64,000 bases of DNA from NCBI GenBank assembly GCA_050013255.1, contig JBEKFP010000003.1, positions 187,434 through 251,433 on the forward strand, given 5' to 3'. Position 1 is the stretch's first letter. Each line of letters begins with the position of its first letter. Both the position numbers and the translations under genes were made by a program. Under the pieces are notes generated by a model, which was not told the origin of the DNA, ran no database searches, and was given only the letters and a program-made list of their open reading frames with translations. Positions 9,666-20,242 of the stretch are shown one piece after another. Origin of the DNA: Candidatus Bathyarchaeia archaeon (lineage in GTDB: Archaea > Thermoproteota > Bathyarchaeia > 40CM-2-53-6).

Positions 9666-10688
9666 TCATTTCGTTCGGTACGATTCGATGACCCTATAGA
9701 GTTCATCCCGCTCGGACGCGCCAATCTCCCGCGCCTTCCCGTTCAGCGCAACCAGCTTCCGTCCCCGCCTGCGCTGTGTCATCATGCCTATGATGGAAGC
9801 CTGAATCCGATGCGCCCTCAAGCGACGTAAGATCAATGTGCTCTTTCGTTTATCGGCGGCTATGAGCAGACAACCCGAGCTCATCAGCCGCAACGGGTCC
9901 ACCTTCAACGCGGAGCATATTTCCTTGGTTTCGGAACGAATTGTGATGCGTGACTCATGAATCTGGAAACCGGCGCCGGAGGCTTCAGCCAGTTCCCAGA
10001 CTCCCTGGAGCAATCCGCCTTCGGTTGGGTCGTGCATGGCTTTGACTCCTCCTACTTGCACAGCGAGCAAAGCGTCATTCACGACGCTGATTAGGCTCCT
10101 TAGGCTTCTGGCACGCCTGAGTAGTTTTCCACCTATCTTCGGCCTTAGTTTGTGAGCGAAATCCGAGGCTAGGACAGCGGTTCCTTCGATGCCAACTGTC
10201 TTTGTCATGATAAGGTGATCTCCGGGCTGCGCACCGTCGGAAGTAACGAATCGCTTTCTTGGGACGACGCCCATCATGTATCCAACTACGATGGGGCGCT
10301 TCAGCCCAGGGGTTACCTCGGTATGTCCTCCCACAACGGCAACGCCAACCTGCTTCGCAGCCTTATCGATCTGCTTCATGATTGCGTTTACCAATCTAAC
10401 GTTCGACCTTTCAGGTAGGAGGAGGTCGCAGAGGAACCATCTTGGTTTCGCGGCCCTGCAGGCCACGTCATTGGCGTTTATGTGCACAGCGAGCCATCCG
10501 ATATCAGACGCTGTACCTGTGACCGGATCCGTTGTTAGGACGAGTACATTCTTGCCCAGCGAAACTAGCGCGGCGTCCTCGCCTACGGAGGAGCCCATGA
10601 TTACTGCCCGGTCTTTGATGCCCTTGTAGCGAAACACGCTACGGATTAGGACCTGGGTTGGGATTTTCCCAGTACGGAAAGGCGGCAT
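9666..10688 (-). CDS. AIR synthase-related protein (PurM/HypE/ThiL superfamily)
   Basis: 340 aa with the GEDAAL...TTDP...DIGWLAVHINANDVA and VVGGHTEV pattern of the PurM-like fold. The precise function is not assignable by eye. Confidence 0.65.
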   Translation of the reverse strand: MPPFRTGKIPTQVLIRSVFRYKGIKDRAVIMGSSVGEDAALVSLGKNVLVLTTDPVTGTASDIGWLAVHINANDVACRAAKPRWFLCDLLLPERSNVRLVNAIMKQIDKAAKQVGVAVVGGHTEVTPGLKRPIVVGYMMGVVPRKRFVTSDGAQPGDHLIMTKTVGIEGTAVLASDFAHKLRPKIGGKLLRRARSLRSLISVVNDALLAVQVGGVKAMHDPTEGGLLQGVWELAEASGAGFQIHESRITIRSETKEICSALKVDPLRLMSSGCLLIAADKRKSTLILRRLRAHRIQASIIGMMTQRRRGRKLVALNGKAREIGASERDELYRVIESYRTK

Positions 10689-10758
10689 TGCGCATCAGGC
10701 TCCAAACGTCGTGTCATGCTTTAAGTAATCACCTTGAATAAGTGTGCCCCGATGATAG

Positions 10759-11100
10759 TTGATTAAGTCGATAATTGATGTGGCCGTTGTTGTATCCGAC
10801 GAAAGCAAGTCGGCTGAATGGTACAAAGAAAAACTCGGCCTGGAAATACGTGATAAGCAAGACCACTGGGTCACGGTGGCCCCAAAGGGATCCGACGTGG
10901 TCCTTCATCTATGCAAGACAACGCCGCTTGAGCAGGGCAACACAGGCATCGCTTTTCGTGCAGATGACTTGGATAAGGCCTACAAGGAAATGAGCAGCAA
11001 AGGCGTCGAGTTCACCGTCAAGCCGACGAAGGAAGAATGGGGCTACTACGCAATGTTCAAGGATCCGGACGGAAACGAATTCTGGCTTTTTGCAGAGTAA
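10759..11100 (+). CDS. VOC/glyoxalase-family protein
   Basis: 113 aa with WYKEKLGL..., HL... and FKDPDGNEFWL, typical of glyoxalase/bleomycin-resistance fold proteins. Confidence 0.8.
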   Translation: MIKSIIDVAVVVSDESKSAEWYKEKLGLEIRDKQDHWVTVAPKGSDVVLHLCKTTPLEQGNTGIAFRADDLDKAYKEMSSKGVEFTVKPTKEEWGYYAMFKDPDGNEFWLFAE

Positions 11101-11387
11101 ACAGTACCAAGAAGAAACTACTCTAAAGACGTCTGCACGCTTCGAAATGGTTCATGGACTTCCGGGCGTTCGTCACATGAGTTGCTAGTGCGCGCACTGG
11201 TCCGGCAAGTAAGAGAAAGATCGCTCAGCCGCGGTTGCCGAAGTGCAAGATGGATTTCCCATATGCATTTCCACATGATCCTCCATAGGCCTAGATTTCG
11301 ATTTCTTAACCGGTAAAATTGAGGTGTATGAGTCAAGCCGTTTTTCGTCCTTATATGGCCCGCTCTACCTGCATTGTCTAATCGTCG

Positions 11388-11843
11388 GTGGGTACTAGTT
11401 CTTTGGAGGAAAACCCTCTGCGCGAGCTTAGAAACCGCAACTCGGTTGGATTAGGTTCAACCTTAACTTATGCCGGTGCAAGGACTATTGAAGCTTTGCT
11501 CGGTGATTGCATAGATCACGTTCTCTGCGAGGTCCTTGGCATCAAAGCCAAGGAAGCCATTTACGATTACATGGAAAGAAATTACGCGGTCGCCAGAGAA
11601 GACATTCCTACGAATATGGGTAATTTCTTCACACTCACTGAGGAAGCCTTTGGGAGCGGGAGCAGGACAATTGCCCGATGCATTGTGAAGCAGATGTGGC
11701 AGGAATTGGGATGGACCTTCACCGACATGCCTGGTCTTGAGTTCTGGGATTACTTGGAGATTGCCCGGGCTAGAATGGCGAGGGAAGTAGTCGGAATAAC
11801 AAAGGTCAGCTTGACGACAAGTGGGAGTTTATCGAGTCAATAG
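11388..11843 (+). CDS. Hypothetical protein
   Basis: 151-aa ORF with a non-ATG start and no recognisable motif. Confidence 0.35.
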   Translation: MGTSSLEENPLRELRNRNSVGLGSTLTYAGARTIEALLGDCIDHVLCEVLGIKAKEAIYDYMERNYAVAREDIPTNMGNFFTLTEEAFGSGSRTIARCIVKQMWQELGWTFTDMPGLEFWDYLEIARARMAREVVGITKVSLTTSGSLSSQ

Positions 11844-12536
11844 ACTGTAGAGCAACCACCCAAATATGCAAGTCATACCGAGCAACGCAGCAAGCCATAG
11901 TCCAAAGAGCAGGGATGACGAAGATGTCGCCCTGAAGCTCAAGATCGCCCCCTCTGCATCGTCCATTTCAAGCTCAAAATGCGTGGATCGTGCAACGAGG
12001 AAAGGTAGGTACGTGCCGCGCACTTTCCACCTACTGCTCGCTGAGTGATATGTGATCTCATTAATGGAAACCCGAGAGGATTTGCTCACTGAGGTAATGT
12101 AATCTCGGGCGATACGTCCAGCCTCAATTACTGATTTCACCGCGCTAAGATTCTTGGCTGCAGTTTCAGATTTCTTCATAAGGCCAGGTAGTTGGTCGCT
12201 CACTAGAATCATTGCGTCGCCTAGGCTTGAGGTTTCCGTGCTGACTGCCAGCAGTTTATCTTCGCTGATATTCGTCAGAATTAGGCCCAAGTCACCGTAG
12301 AGAATTCCGACAAGCCCTAGAGATTCCTGGGTTTTGCGGAATTGTGCTGCTGCTCCCGTGATCAGCCAAAGGCCGAGGGAAGCACTTTCAGTCATTTCGT
12401 CGATGATGTTTGATAGTTTCTCAGCGTTGTCTCTAGCTGCCTCTTCTACCACAGCGAAGCGGCCTGCTCTTTCTTCTAAGATGAACGCCTCGTCTATCCC
12501 CTGATGAAGCGCCAGAATGTCCTGGGTCAGCGTCAT
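11829..12536 (-). CDS. Hypothetical protein with a C-terminal transmembrane anchor
   Basis: 235-aa ORF with a hydrophobic C-terminus (LLFGLWLAALLGMTCIFGWLLYSLL). Confidence 0.4.
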   Translation of the reverse strand: MTLTQDILALHQGIDEAFILEERAGRFAVVEEAARDNAEKLSNIIDEMTESASLGLWLITGAAAQFRKTQESLGLVGILYGDLGLILTNISEDKLLAVSTETSSLGDAMILVSDQLPGLMKKSETAAKNLSAVKSVIEAGRIARDYITSVSKSSRVSINEITYHSASSRWKVRGTYLPFLVARSTHFELEMDDAEGAILSFRATSSSSLLFGLWLAALLGMTCIFGWLLYSLLTR

Positions 12537-13013
12537 CGCTAAAGGCCCGTTTCTACCTAGAAGAACGACCTTCGTGGAGATATTACGTTTTGGACCAGCC
12601 CACGTCTTTCCAATTCCAATGTCAGGCTAAATACCGCATTCTCCAGTTGTTTCCAGAGTATACCAACAAGAAAGCAGCCTGATGCAGCCTTAGTCAAGGC
12701 TCCTATTCTAGGGTGTATTACACCCCTTCCTTCATTTCGCCAAATCCTGCCTTGAAACGTGCGAGAAGAACGATCTCTCAGACACCATACATACGGCATA
12801 CGAGGGAATGGCAAGAGCACATGCGATTGGCAGAGACTACAAATCTGCGCGAGAATACGTCGCCAAAGCACGCGAGCAACTCGCCCGCCTAACTGGGCTA
12901 GACAAAGAGGACACAAAAATCTACTCAGACCAAATTCATGAAAGTGAAGAGTTGATAGACAGATAGGCAGAGCGCTGATGCTCCGAAGTGCCAGTGAAGA
13001 AACATCCGCTCGT

Positions 13014-14846
13014 TCAAGTTGATGCGAAGGCCCTCGCCGAGTTGAAAATGACGAAGAGGTCTGCGATCTCATGAATTGTTGCGCCCATAATTGGATTGAT
13101 GAGCCCGGCCGCCGATAAAGCAACCCCGATTGCGTTTGCCGAGAGCCCAATTGCAATGCTTTGTTTAGCGATTCGGAGCATTCTTCTGCTGAGGCTGATA
13201 GCCGACGGGACTTTTTCTAGGTCGTCGGTCATTATTGTGAAATCGGCCGTTTCGATAGCTATGTCGGAACCCGCAGCGCCCATTGCTATCCCTACATCTG
13301 CCGAGGCTAGTGCGGGAGCATCATTTATCCCGTCGCCCACCATTGCGACCCGATAACCCGCTTTCTTCAATTCGGTTATGTGCATGGCTTTTTCTTCCGG
13401 CAGAACCTCAGCGAAGACATCCGCGATGCCGACCTTCTTCCCGATTTTTGCGCCCGTTCTCTCCGTATCCCCTGTAAGCATCACGACCTTGCTGATTCCC
13501 AGTTGCTCTAGTTTTCTGATCGACTCACGGGCGTTCGGTTTCAACGTATCCCCAAGGACAATTGCACCGCATATTTTCTCGTTACGCGCCATGAAGATCG
13601 TGGTATCATCAAATTCTGATAAGGAAGCTTTCGTTTGGAGTGGAACGTGGATTAGTTGGCTTGACATGAATTTCGCATTTCCGACGAGGACCCTAGCACC
13701 TTCGAATTCAGCCATCACTCCTCCTCCAGGCAACTCTCTGAAATCGTCTGGATATGGAATCGTCAGGTCGTGTTCGTCGGCAAAGCGTTGCACAGCCCCG
13801 GCGATAGGGTGCGTAGAGAAACGCTCCGCAATAGCAGCATCCGTTATCACATCTGCGTCGCTGTATCCATTGAACCCCTTCACAGAGGCGACTCTAAGTT
13901 TTCCGAATGTCAAAGTGCCAGTCTTGTCAAAGACAACCGCATTAACAGTCCCGGCTAACTCTAGTGCGTCTCCGCCCCGAACTAGGATTCCAGATTTCGC
14001 AGCTCTTCCAATTGTGGATACAACGGCTACGGGCGTTGCCAAGAGGAGTGGACAAGGGCTAGCTGTTAGAAGAATCGTCACTGACCTTACCACTTGGCCA
14101 GTGAATACGTAGACAATTATTGCCAGCCCGATGATTAGCGGCGTAAACCATTTCGCGTAACGGTCTGCGACTCGCTGGATTCTTGCCTTGCTACTTTGAG
14201 CTTGACGAACGAGTCTGATGATGTGTGCAAATTTCGTGTCCTCTCCGACCCTAGTGGCCCTGACGTAAAGAGCCCCATTCTGGCATATCGTCCCACTGAG
14301 GACGCTACTGCCGAATGACTTTTCCACCGGCAGAGATTCCCCCGTGATAGGTGATTGGTCTACCGCCGCGTTTCCGCCGACCACTTCGCCATCGACGGTG
14401 ATTCTGTCGCCCGGTTTGATTACTAGGACGTCGCCAGGTTTGAGCTGTTCGACTTGTACTGTTTCAACTTTCCCTGCCCGGAGGACGTTTGCTGTCTTTG
14501 GGCGTATTTTGACGAGGGCGTCGATTGCTCGTGATGCCCGGCCTGCGGCGTATTCTTCTATGGCTTGGCCACCGAGAAGCATTACGGCAACAATTGCGGC
14601 TGGGAGAAACTCGTGGATGGCTACGGCTGATATTACCGCGATGCTGGCCAACAGGTCCACGCTAAGGTTTCCGTGCACCAATTCGGCGAGTGCCCCGTAC
14701 AGCATAATCACACCGCCTACAATTGCGACTGTCAAGGCCACAATGTCACTAAGTTGTTCCGAAACAACGGCCAACAAAAGCCAGCTAATTACCACTAGGA
14801 CTCCGAGCACCACGGGGAAAATGACACGTGTGCTCGGACGGGCCAT
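13014..14846 (-). CDS. P1B-type heavy-metal translocating ATPase, SPC-motif (P1B-4-like), no N-terminal metal-binding domain
   Basis: 610 aa. TGES (PITGESLP), DKTGTLT, GDGINDAP and the transmembrane motif ASPCPLLLATP (SPC instead of CPC). No HMA/CxxC domain. Confidence 0.9.
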   Translation of the reverse strand: MARPSTRVIFPVVLGVLVVISWLLLAVVSEQLSDIVALTVAIVGGVIMLYGALAELVHGNLSVDLLASIAVISAVAIHEFLPAAIVAVMLLGGQAIEEYAAGRASRAIDALVKIRPKTANVLRAGKVETVQVEQLKPGDVLVIKPGDRITVDGEVVGGNAAVDQSPITGESLPVEKSFGSSVLSGTICQNGALYVRATRVGEDTKFAHIIRLVRQAQSSKARIQRVADRYAKWFTPLIIGLAIIVYVFTGQVVRSVTILLTASPCPLLLATPVAVVSTIGRAAKSGILVRGGDALELAGTVNAVVFDKTGTLTFGKLRVASVKGFNGYSDADVITDAAIAERFSTHPIAGAVQRFADEHDLTIPYPDDFRELPGGGVMAEFEGARVLVGNAKFMSSQLIHVPLQTKASLSEFDDTTIFMARNEKICGAIVLGDTLKPNARESIRKLEQLGISKVVMLTGDTERTGAKIGKKVGIADVFAEVLPEEKAMHITELKKAGYRVAMVGDGINDAPALASADVGIAMGAAGSDIAIETADFTIMTDDLEKVPSAISLSRRMLRIAKQSIAIGLSANAIGVALSAAGLINPIMGATIHEIADLFVIFNSARAFAST

Positions 14847-15350
14847 TGCTCATGTCCACTTGCAAAGCAGATTCTGTGAGTCCGGTATAAGGAAACGCGG
14901 CGATTCCCGCCGACAAGAACGACTAAGCGAGCAACAAATGAACTTGCTTGTTCGATGGCGTTATCGAAATCTACGAGCGGGAGCAGAAGGAGAGAGCAAG
15001 ACGGTTTTTGGTAGCCAAGAGATTGTCCCACCGCAAGTATTCCGAAACGGAGGCTGTCACCCGCGACGCTTTTGCCATAGCGTTAATTGGCTAACGCTGA
15101 AGCGATCGGAAAAACAAGTCTTCGCAGCAGCTGGACCTTCACCGGCTAACAGTATCCATTATTCTGCGGGCTCCCGCACTCAAGATCCATCTCACGTTAT
15201 GATCAATTGGGCCAGACTCGTCATCGCCCGCCAGTAAAACTACTCCGAGCCCCGCTAATTTGCGTATCTAAACTGAGTGCTTTGCAAGCTTATTTTCAAC
15301 CTGACTCGTAGTCGCACTTCAAGTGTGCGAACGAAGGTAAATCCAAGAAA

Positions 15351-16325
15351 TTGCCTGCGGTGCGAATAGTCCCCATCGGCTTCGAGAGTTTGGGCGTCAG
15401 GTCGATGTGCACTTTCATCGAGACGCCCGACGTGAGGGTCCTGGTTGATGCGGGTGTTGCGTTGGGGCCACGGTTCCGAAAACTTCCCCATCCGCGGGAG
15501 TACCGTGCACGCGACCAGTGCCGTATGCGGATTAGGGAGTATGCGGCGAAGGCCGATGTTGTAATTATTTCTCACTACCACAACGACCACCACACGCCAA
15601 ACTACACTGAACCCGTATGGCTGGGAAGCAGCGCCGAAGAATCAGAGCAAATCTATCGGGACAAACTCGTTCTTACCAAGGACATTCGTAATGCGATTAA
15701 CTTCAACCAGCGCAGAAGAGGCTGGATGTTCCAAAGATTCGTGAAACGAATCGGGAGCAAGTGCGAAGTGGCTGATGGGAAGAAGTATGAATTTGGCGCC
15801 ACGACGATAAGCATCTCTAAACCTGTCCCACACGGTGAAGACGAAACTGTACTAGGCTGGGTTCTCATGACTATGGTGGAAACTCAAGGGGAGAGAGTAC
15901 TTCACGCCTCAGACGTTCAGGGCCCCATGTCGAAAGTAACGACACGCATGATACTGAAAAAGAACCCTGGGATTCTAGTGCTGGGCGGGCCGCCGCTATA
16001 CTTGGAAGGCGTCCGCGTGGAGAAAACCTCCATTCAAAAAGGACTAGACAACGCCTCTACTATCGCGGGGAAGATCCCGAAGGTAATCTTCGAACACCAT
16101 GTACTCCGATCCGCGAACTGGAAGGAACAAGCAGGACAGGTCATTGAGGCCGCTTGTAGGGTGGGTCACGAAGTCGTTACCGCGGCTGAATTCTCGGGGG
16201 AACAGCCGATGCTGCTTGAATCAATTCGGGAACGTTTGTATGAAGAGGAGCCGCCTTCTGAGGAGTTCATGAAATGGACCCAGCTCAACCACGAGAAGCG
16301 AAGGCAACAAGCCCCACCTGTTTAG
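15351..16325 (+). CDS. MBL-fold hydrolase, UPF0282-like
   Basis: 324 aa with a TTG start. The N-terminus VRIVPIGFESLGVRSMCTFIETPDVRVLVDAG and HYHNDHH match the archaeal UPF0282 metallo-beta-lactamase-fold family. Confidence 0.7.
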   Translation: MPAVRIVPIGFESLGVRSMCTFIETPDVRVLVDAGVALGPRFRKLPHPREYRARDQCRMRIREYAAKADVVIISHYHNDHHTPNYTEPVWLGSSAEESEQIYRDKLVLTKDIRNAINFNQRRRGWMFQRFVKRIGSKCEVADGKKYEFGATTISISKPVPHGEDETVLGWVLMTMVETQGERVLHASDVQGPMSKVTTRMILKKNPGILVLGGPPLYLEGVRVEKTSIQKGLDNASTIAGKIPKVIFEHHVLRSANWKEQAGQVIEAACRVGHEVVTAAEFSGEQPMLLESIRERLYEEEPPSEEFMKWTQLNHEKRRQQAPPV

Positions 16326-16441
16326 GGCCTACAGCTAATTGCATTCGTGACCTGATTTGGTTGGTTTATGTCACGGTTTGACTTGTTTCCATGTAAAATA
16401 AACGGGAAATGGGATGGAGGGATGGACGGAGAGAGTTCCGC

Positions 16442-16603
16442 TTATGCGCCTGCTAGCTTTGTCGCTAGCCTGAACTTCTTTCCGCACGAGGGGCAGGAGA
16501 AGTGTTTGATGTGCAGCGCCGGGCCTCGCCCGTCTTTGGGGTGCATATCCCATTCCTTTGCTGGGCCTGTGACTTCACCGCCGCATTTGAGACATTTCAC
16601 CAT
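16442..16603 (-). CDS. Small zinc-ribbon protein
   Basis: An internal Met of the 105-aa ORF gives MVKCLKCGGEVTGPAKEWDMHPKDGRGPALHIKHFSCPSCGKKFRLATKLAGA (CxxC...CxxC). The upstream part of the ORF is Pro/His-rich and looks non-coding. Confidence 0.5.
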   Translation of the reverse strand: MVKCLKCGGEVTGPAKEWDMHPKDGRGPALHIKHFSCPSCGKKFRLATKLAGA

Positions 16604-16829
16604 GAGTTTCACCTCTTCGCATGTTGGCCGCCGGACAGTGGGCATGGGCTGTGAATGGTGAGGTGGATTGGGGGTAAGTTCAGGAGGATTTCCCCGTGTC
16701 CAACCGAGCGGGCTGCCATGGCCCGGCCATACATAATTATTGGTATATGAATGTTTCATTTATGGTACATTAATATACCTCGGCAACCAATTCCCAATTC
16801 AATCGCAATCACAGGAGGTAAGTCAAGCA

Positions 16830-16979
16830 ATGAATGGAGAATCCAAAAGAAGCTTCGCCGTAGCCCTCGCATCCTTCGCAGTGGGCGCAGTCATCGCCGG
16901 TGTCCTCGGTAACTCAAAGACACGCGAGAAGCTGGTCGAAGCAAGCAAGAAGCTATCAAACCACACAAGCGTCGCGTAG
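16830..16979 (+). CDS. Small membrane protein (49 aa)
   Basis: The ATG at 16830 is preceded by AGGAGGT at 16813-16819. The product MNGESKRSFAVALASFAVGAVIAGVLGNSKTREKLVEASKKL has one TM helix. Confidence 0.45.
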   Translation: MNGESKRSFAVALASFAVGAVIAGVLGNSKTREKLVEASKKLSNHTSVA

Positions 16980-16990
16980 ACGACCTCTAA

Positions 16991-17016
16991 AAGGCCAAAC
17001 GGCCTTTCCTATTTTT
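16991..17016 (+). terminator. Hairpin plus T-tract downstream of the small membrane-protein gene
   Basis: AAGGCC-AAAC-GGCCTT followed by TCCTATTTTT. Confidence 0.35.
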
Positions 17017-17136
17017 CCATCCTTCCCGTACTCTCGGAAAGACTTATTTTCGATTTCAACGCCTTTGCAGCAAGGCGCGTGAGTGGGGCCTCCCACCCGT
17101 TGCGCTGAAGAAACCCCGGAGTAGGGAGGTAAACTA

Positions 17137-17670
17137 GTGAAAAGCAAGAGTTCAATATTCGTTACTTTGACCGCCGTGTTTGCAGCCATTTACGCTGTAG
17201 GCGTTGTGGTTCTCGCACAGATTAGTTTCCTGCCCTTCCAAGTAAGAGTCGCAGATGCGCTTCTACCTCTAGCGATTGTTTTTGGTTGGCCAGCGGTGAT
17301 TGGGTTATCGATTGGTGCTTTCGTTGCCAACGTTTTCGGCGGCTTGGGGCCTATCGATATGTTTGGTGGATCCATGGCCAACTTTCTTGCCACCTTCGCC
17401 GCATGGCGGATAGCCCGCAACAGGTCAAAATCCTGGGGATTGGTTGGAGTAACCGTCGAGATCCTTGTAGTTACATTGATCGTGGGGAGTTACCTTAGCT
17501 ACCTGTTTGCAATTCCCCTCGAGGTGGGTTGGGCTGATGTTATGTTAGGGAGCATCATAGCCATCGGTATACTGGGTTCGATTCTGTACTTCGCGGTAAA
17601 GGAGCGAGCAGCCGCACTCCTCAAGCCATACGGATTAGCCCAAAGTAACACCAACTCGAAGAAACGCTAG
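17137..17670 (+). CDS. QueT-family transporter-like membrane protein
   Basis: 177 aa and polytopic. The FQVRVADALLPLA and GLGPIDMFGGSMANFLA pattern resembles the QueT (queuosine precursor ECF-S-like) family. Confidence 0.6.
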   Translation: MKSKSSIFVTLTAVFAAIYAVGVVVLAQISFLPFQVRVADALLPLAIVFGWPAVIGLSIGAFVANVFGGLGPIDMFGGSMANFLATFAAWRIARNRSKSWGLVGVTVEILVVTLIVGSYLSYLFAIPLEVGWADVMLGSIIAIGILGSILYFAVKERAAALLKPYGLAQSNTNSKKR

Positions 17671-17756
17671 GCGCTTCACGGCTCTTTCCAGCCGGATATT
17701 CTAGGAATAAGCCTCATAGCCGTGGCCGACGCAGAGCCGGGACTTGTGACCTGTGA

Positions 17757-18734
17757 ATGGCCCCGCAACCTTCACGCCCAAAAATCGCCCTATGTTCCGT
17801 TGACGAATCCATTGAAGAACTTCAAGACATGCTTGCTAAGCATTTTGACGTTAAGATGAAGCCGTGCAAGAATGAGGACGAATTAATCGAGTTCGCCGCG
17901 GACGCGGACGGAATATTCGTTGACCTCTTGCCGGTAACCGAGAGTGCGATTGAGAAGCTCCCGAAATGTAAAGCCATAGTCTTGTACAGCGATGGTTTTG
18001 ATTACGTGGACTACGCGGCCGCCGCGAAACGTGGAATAAGCGTCTCACACATGCCCGATTACTGCGTGGAGGAGGTAGCCGACCACGCGGTCATAATGGC
18101 CCTCGCTCTCACGAGGAAATTATGGCAAGCAAATGCGGATGTCAAAAACAAGATTTGGGACTGGCCAAGGCTTAGGCCCATTAAGGCGCTTCGAGACAGC
18201 GTCATGGGGATCATCGGCTTAGGCCGTCTAGGGTCCGTGGCCGCTCTCCGAGCGCGCGCCTTTGGAATGCGAGTTTTGGAATACGACCCTTACATACCGC
18301 CAGGGCGCGAGAAAGTTTTCGGAGCCGAAGCAGTTGATCTTGAGACTTTACTAAAAGAAAGCGATGTCGTCACTATACATGTCCCGCTAACCAAAGAGAC
18401 CCACCATATGGTCGCCGAACGCCAATTGCGCGCAATGAAGGAGACAGCTTATCTCATCAACACGTCGCGGGGCAAGGTGGTGGATACACTTGCCCTCTAC
18501 AAGGCGTTGAAAGATGGTTGGATCGCTGGCGCGGCCCTGGATGTCCTCGAAGAGGAGCCGCCAAAAACTTCGGACCCCTTACTTGCATTACCGAACCTCA
18601 TTCTCACGCCACACACCGCCTTCTACTCGGAGCGTTCAATCAAGGAGAAGCAGAGGAAGGTCGTTGAAGAGTTCTCTAGGATCCTAAGCGGCCAGCCCGG
18701 TCGCTATAGGGTTCAGCCTCCAACCTACGGATAA
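17757..18734 (+). CDS. D-isomer-specific 2-hydroxyacid dehydrogenase family protein
   Basis: 325 aa. NAD-binding GIIGLGRLGS, INTSRG, LDVLEEEP, TPHTAF. Confidence 0.85.
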   Translation: MAPQPSRPKIALCSVDESIEELQDMLAKHFDVKMKPCKNEDELIEFAADADGIFVDLLPVTESAIEKLPKCKAIVLYSDGFDYVDYAAAAKRGISVSHMPDYCVEEVADHAVIMALALTRKLWQANADVKNKIWDWPRLRPIKALRDSVMGIIGLGRLGSVAALRARAFGMRVLEYDPYIPPGREKVFGAEAVDLETLLKESDVVTIHVPLTKETHHMVAERQLRAMKETAYLINTSRGKVVDTLALYKALKDGWIAGAALDVLEEEPPKTSDPLLALPNLILTPHTAFYSERSIKEKQRKVVEEFSRILSGQPGRYRVQPPTYG

Positions 18735-18776
18735 CTGCTTGCTGAGGGTAACCGCAAAGGCGTTGGGGAGAGCAAG

Positions 18777-19292
18777 TTGGGTAAGATTGAGCTCATGCTT
18801 GGCGACATTACCAAGCAAAGCGTTGACGCAATTGTAAACGCTGCCAACACAACACTGCTGGGTGGCGGCGGAGTTGACGGCGCTATTCATCGCGCCGCTG
18901 GCCCTGAACTCTTAGAGGAATGCCGCAGAATCGGCGGCTGCCCGACGGGAGAAGCAAGAATTACGAAAGCATACCGGCTTCCAGCGAAACATGTGATACA
19001 TACGGTGGGTCCGGTTTGGAGCGGAGGAAAAACGAATGAAGAAGAGCTTCTTCGAAACTGCTATAGGAACTCGATGAATCTTGCAGATGAAAACGGGGTT
19101 AAGACGATTGCTTTTCCATCAATAGGCACGGGCGCATATGGATTCCCCATCGAAAGGGCCGCGCCGATTGCCCTCCGAGTAGTCCGCGAGAACCTCGAGA
19201 AGATGAACCGTATCGAGAAAGTTGTCTTCATGTGTTTCTCGCAATCTGATTACGAAGTTTACGAGAAATCTATGAAACTAAAAATAGCATAA
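18777..19292 (+). CDS. Macro-domain protein (O-acetyl-ADP-ribose deacetylase-like)
   Basis: 171 aa. [34 protein letters not shown] and [12 protein letters not shown]. Confidence 0.9.
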   Translation: MGKIELMLGDITKQSVDAIVNAANTTLLGGGGVDGAIHRAAGPELLEECRRIGGCPTGEARITKAYRLPAKHVIHTVGPVWSGGKTNEEELLRNCYRNSMNLADENGVKTIAFPSIGTGAYGFPIERAAPIALRVVRENLEKMNRIEKVVFMCFSQSDYEVYEKSMKLKIA

Positions 19293-19346
19293 GCCATTGG
19301 TTAACCATTAAATCAGACTCAAGGCACAAAAGCTAGGCTGACCATC

Positions 19347-19847
19347 ATGGATTCTCATCGTGTCGTGGGTGCTGTGCACCAAATGAGCGTCAAGCCAGAG
19401 GCGCATGGCGAGAGGGGGCTCCCGAAAACCCCGGTCGATCGAGCCTTAGTTAGGTGGACTGGGCTTGTGGGCGACTTCAACAGGTATAGACATGAGGAAA
19501 CGCACGACGACCTTGCGATGGCTGTGCTTCTCATGCCCATCGAAACCATTCAAGAACTCAACGGGGAAGGTTGGCCGATTAAGCCGGGGGATATCGGGGA
19601 GAATTTCACCACATCAGGAATTTCATATGATGCTTTTGCGCCTGGGAAGCGATTTAAGGTTGGGAAATCGGTGGTCAGGATCACGAAAGCTTGTGACCCC
19701 TGCAGCAACTTGTACCTCCTGCCCTACGTTGGGAAGGACAAGGACATTGTGAAGGCAGTGTACCGGAGAAGGGGATGGTACGCCAGCGTGGAACAGGAAG
19801 GAGAGGTCTCGAAGGGCGACGCGATAGAAGAACTGAGCGGTTCATGA
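19347..19847 (+). CDS. MOSC-domain protein
   Basis: 166 aa. GDIGENFTTSGI and the conserved Cys context ITKACDPCSNL. Confidence 0.8.
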   Translation: MDSHRVVGAVHQMSVKPEAHGERGLPKTPVDRALVRWTGLVGDFNRYRHEETHDDLAMAVLLMPIETIQELNGEGWPIKPGDIGENFTTSGISYDAFAPGKRFKVGKSVVRITKACDPCSNLYLLPYVGKDKDIVKAVYRRRGWYASVEQEGEVSKGDAIEELSGS

Positions 19848-19939
19848 GCTACAATAACTAAAATGGTAAGGGCTACCACAGCCCATAGCGGCTACTTATC
19901 CATCTCAGTCACTGCCGAGGGTTCTAAGCGCTAATCGTG

Positions 19940-20059
19940 CTACATTTCGAAGTCACAGTCGGGATTGGAACATTTCCAAGTATCCGCTACTGGGAGTAGT
20001 GTGCCATCATCACATTTCATACATTTTGGAAAGTTGGCTACCGTTATGTTTACTGTCAT
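19940..20059 (-). CDS. Small zinc-ribbon protein (39 aa)
   Basis: Below the ORF-track cutoff. My translation is MTVNITVANFPKCMKCDDGTLLPVADTWKCSNPDCDFEM. A GGAGGTGA motif lies 5 nt upstream of the ATG. Confidence 0.45.
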   Translation of the reverse strand: MTVNITVANFPKCMKCDDGTLLPVADTWKCSNPDCDFEM

Positions 20060-20242
20060 TCAACTCACCTCCAAGAGTATCTGATCGTCTAGGGTTGTTT
20101 CTAGTGTAGGCACATGCTTTTGTCCGGCTTATATTTGCTAGTGGAAAGTGTAGGAGAAGATTGGACTTCAAAATGTAACTGCTAATGGGCGTGACGAGGA
20201 TATTGACACCGGAAGTTCAATGTGCTTATGCATTTCGATTCC

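Noticed and set aside
12808-12966. 52-aa ORF MARAHAIGRDYKSAREYVAKAREQLARLTGLDKEDTKIYSDQIHESEELIDR (TPR-like helix pair)
   Set aside because: It looks protein-like, and the frame is open upstream to 12712 without a start codon. It may be a remnant of a longer TPR gene. It is too short and unsupported to call.
12557-15237. Long ORFs 12557..13156 (-), 13378..14112 (+) and 14344..15237 (+)
   Set aside because: They overlap, or are antisense to, the well-supported P-type ATPase gene. Their Ser/Arg/Pro-rich composition is typical of wrong-frame translation of GC-rich coding DNA.
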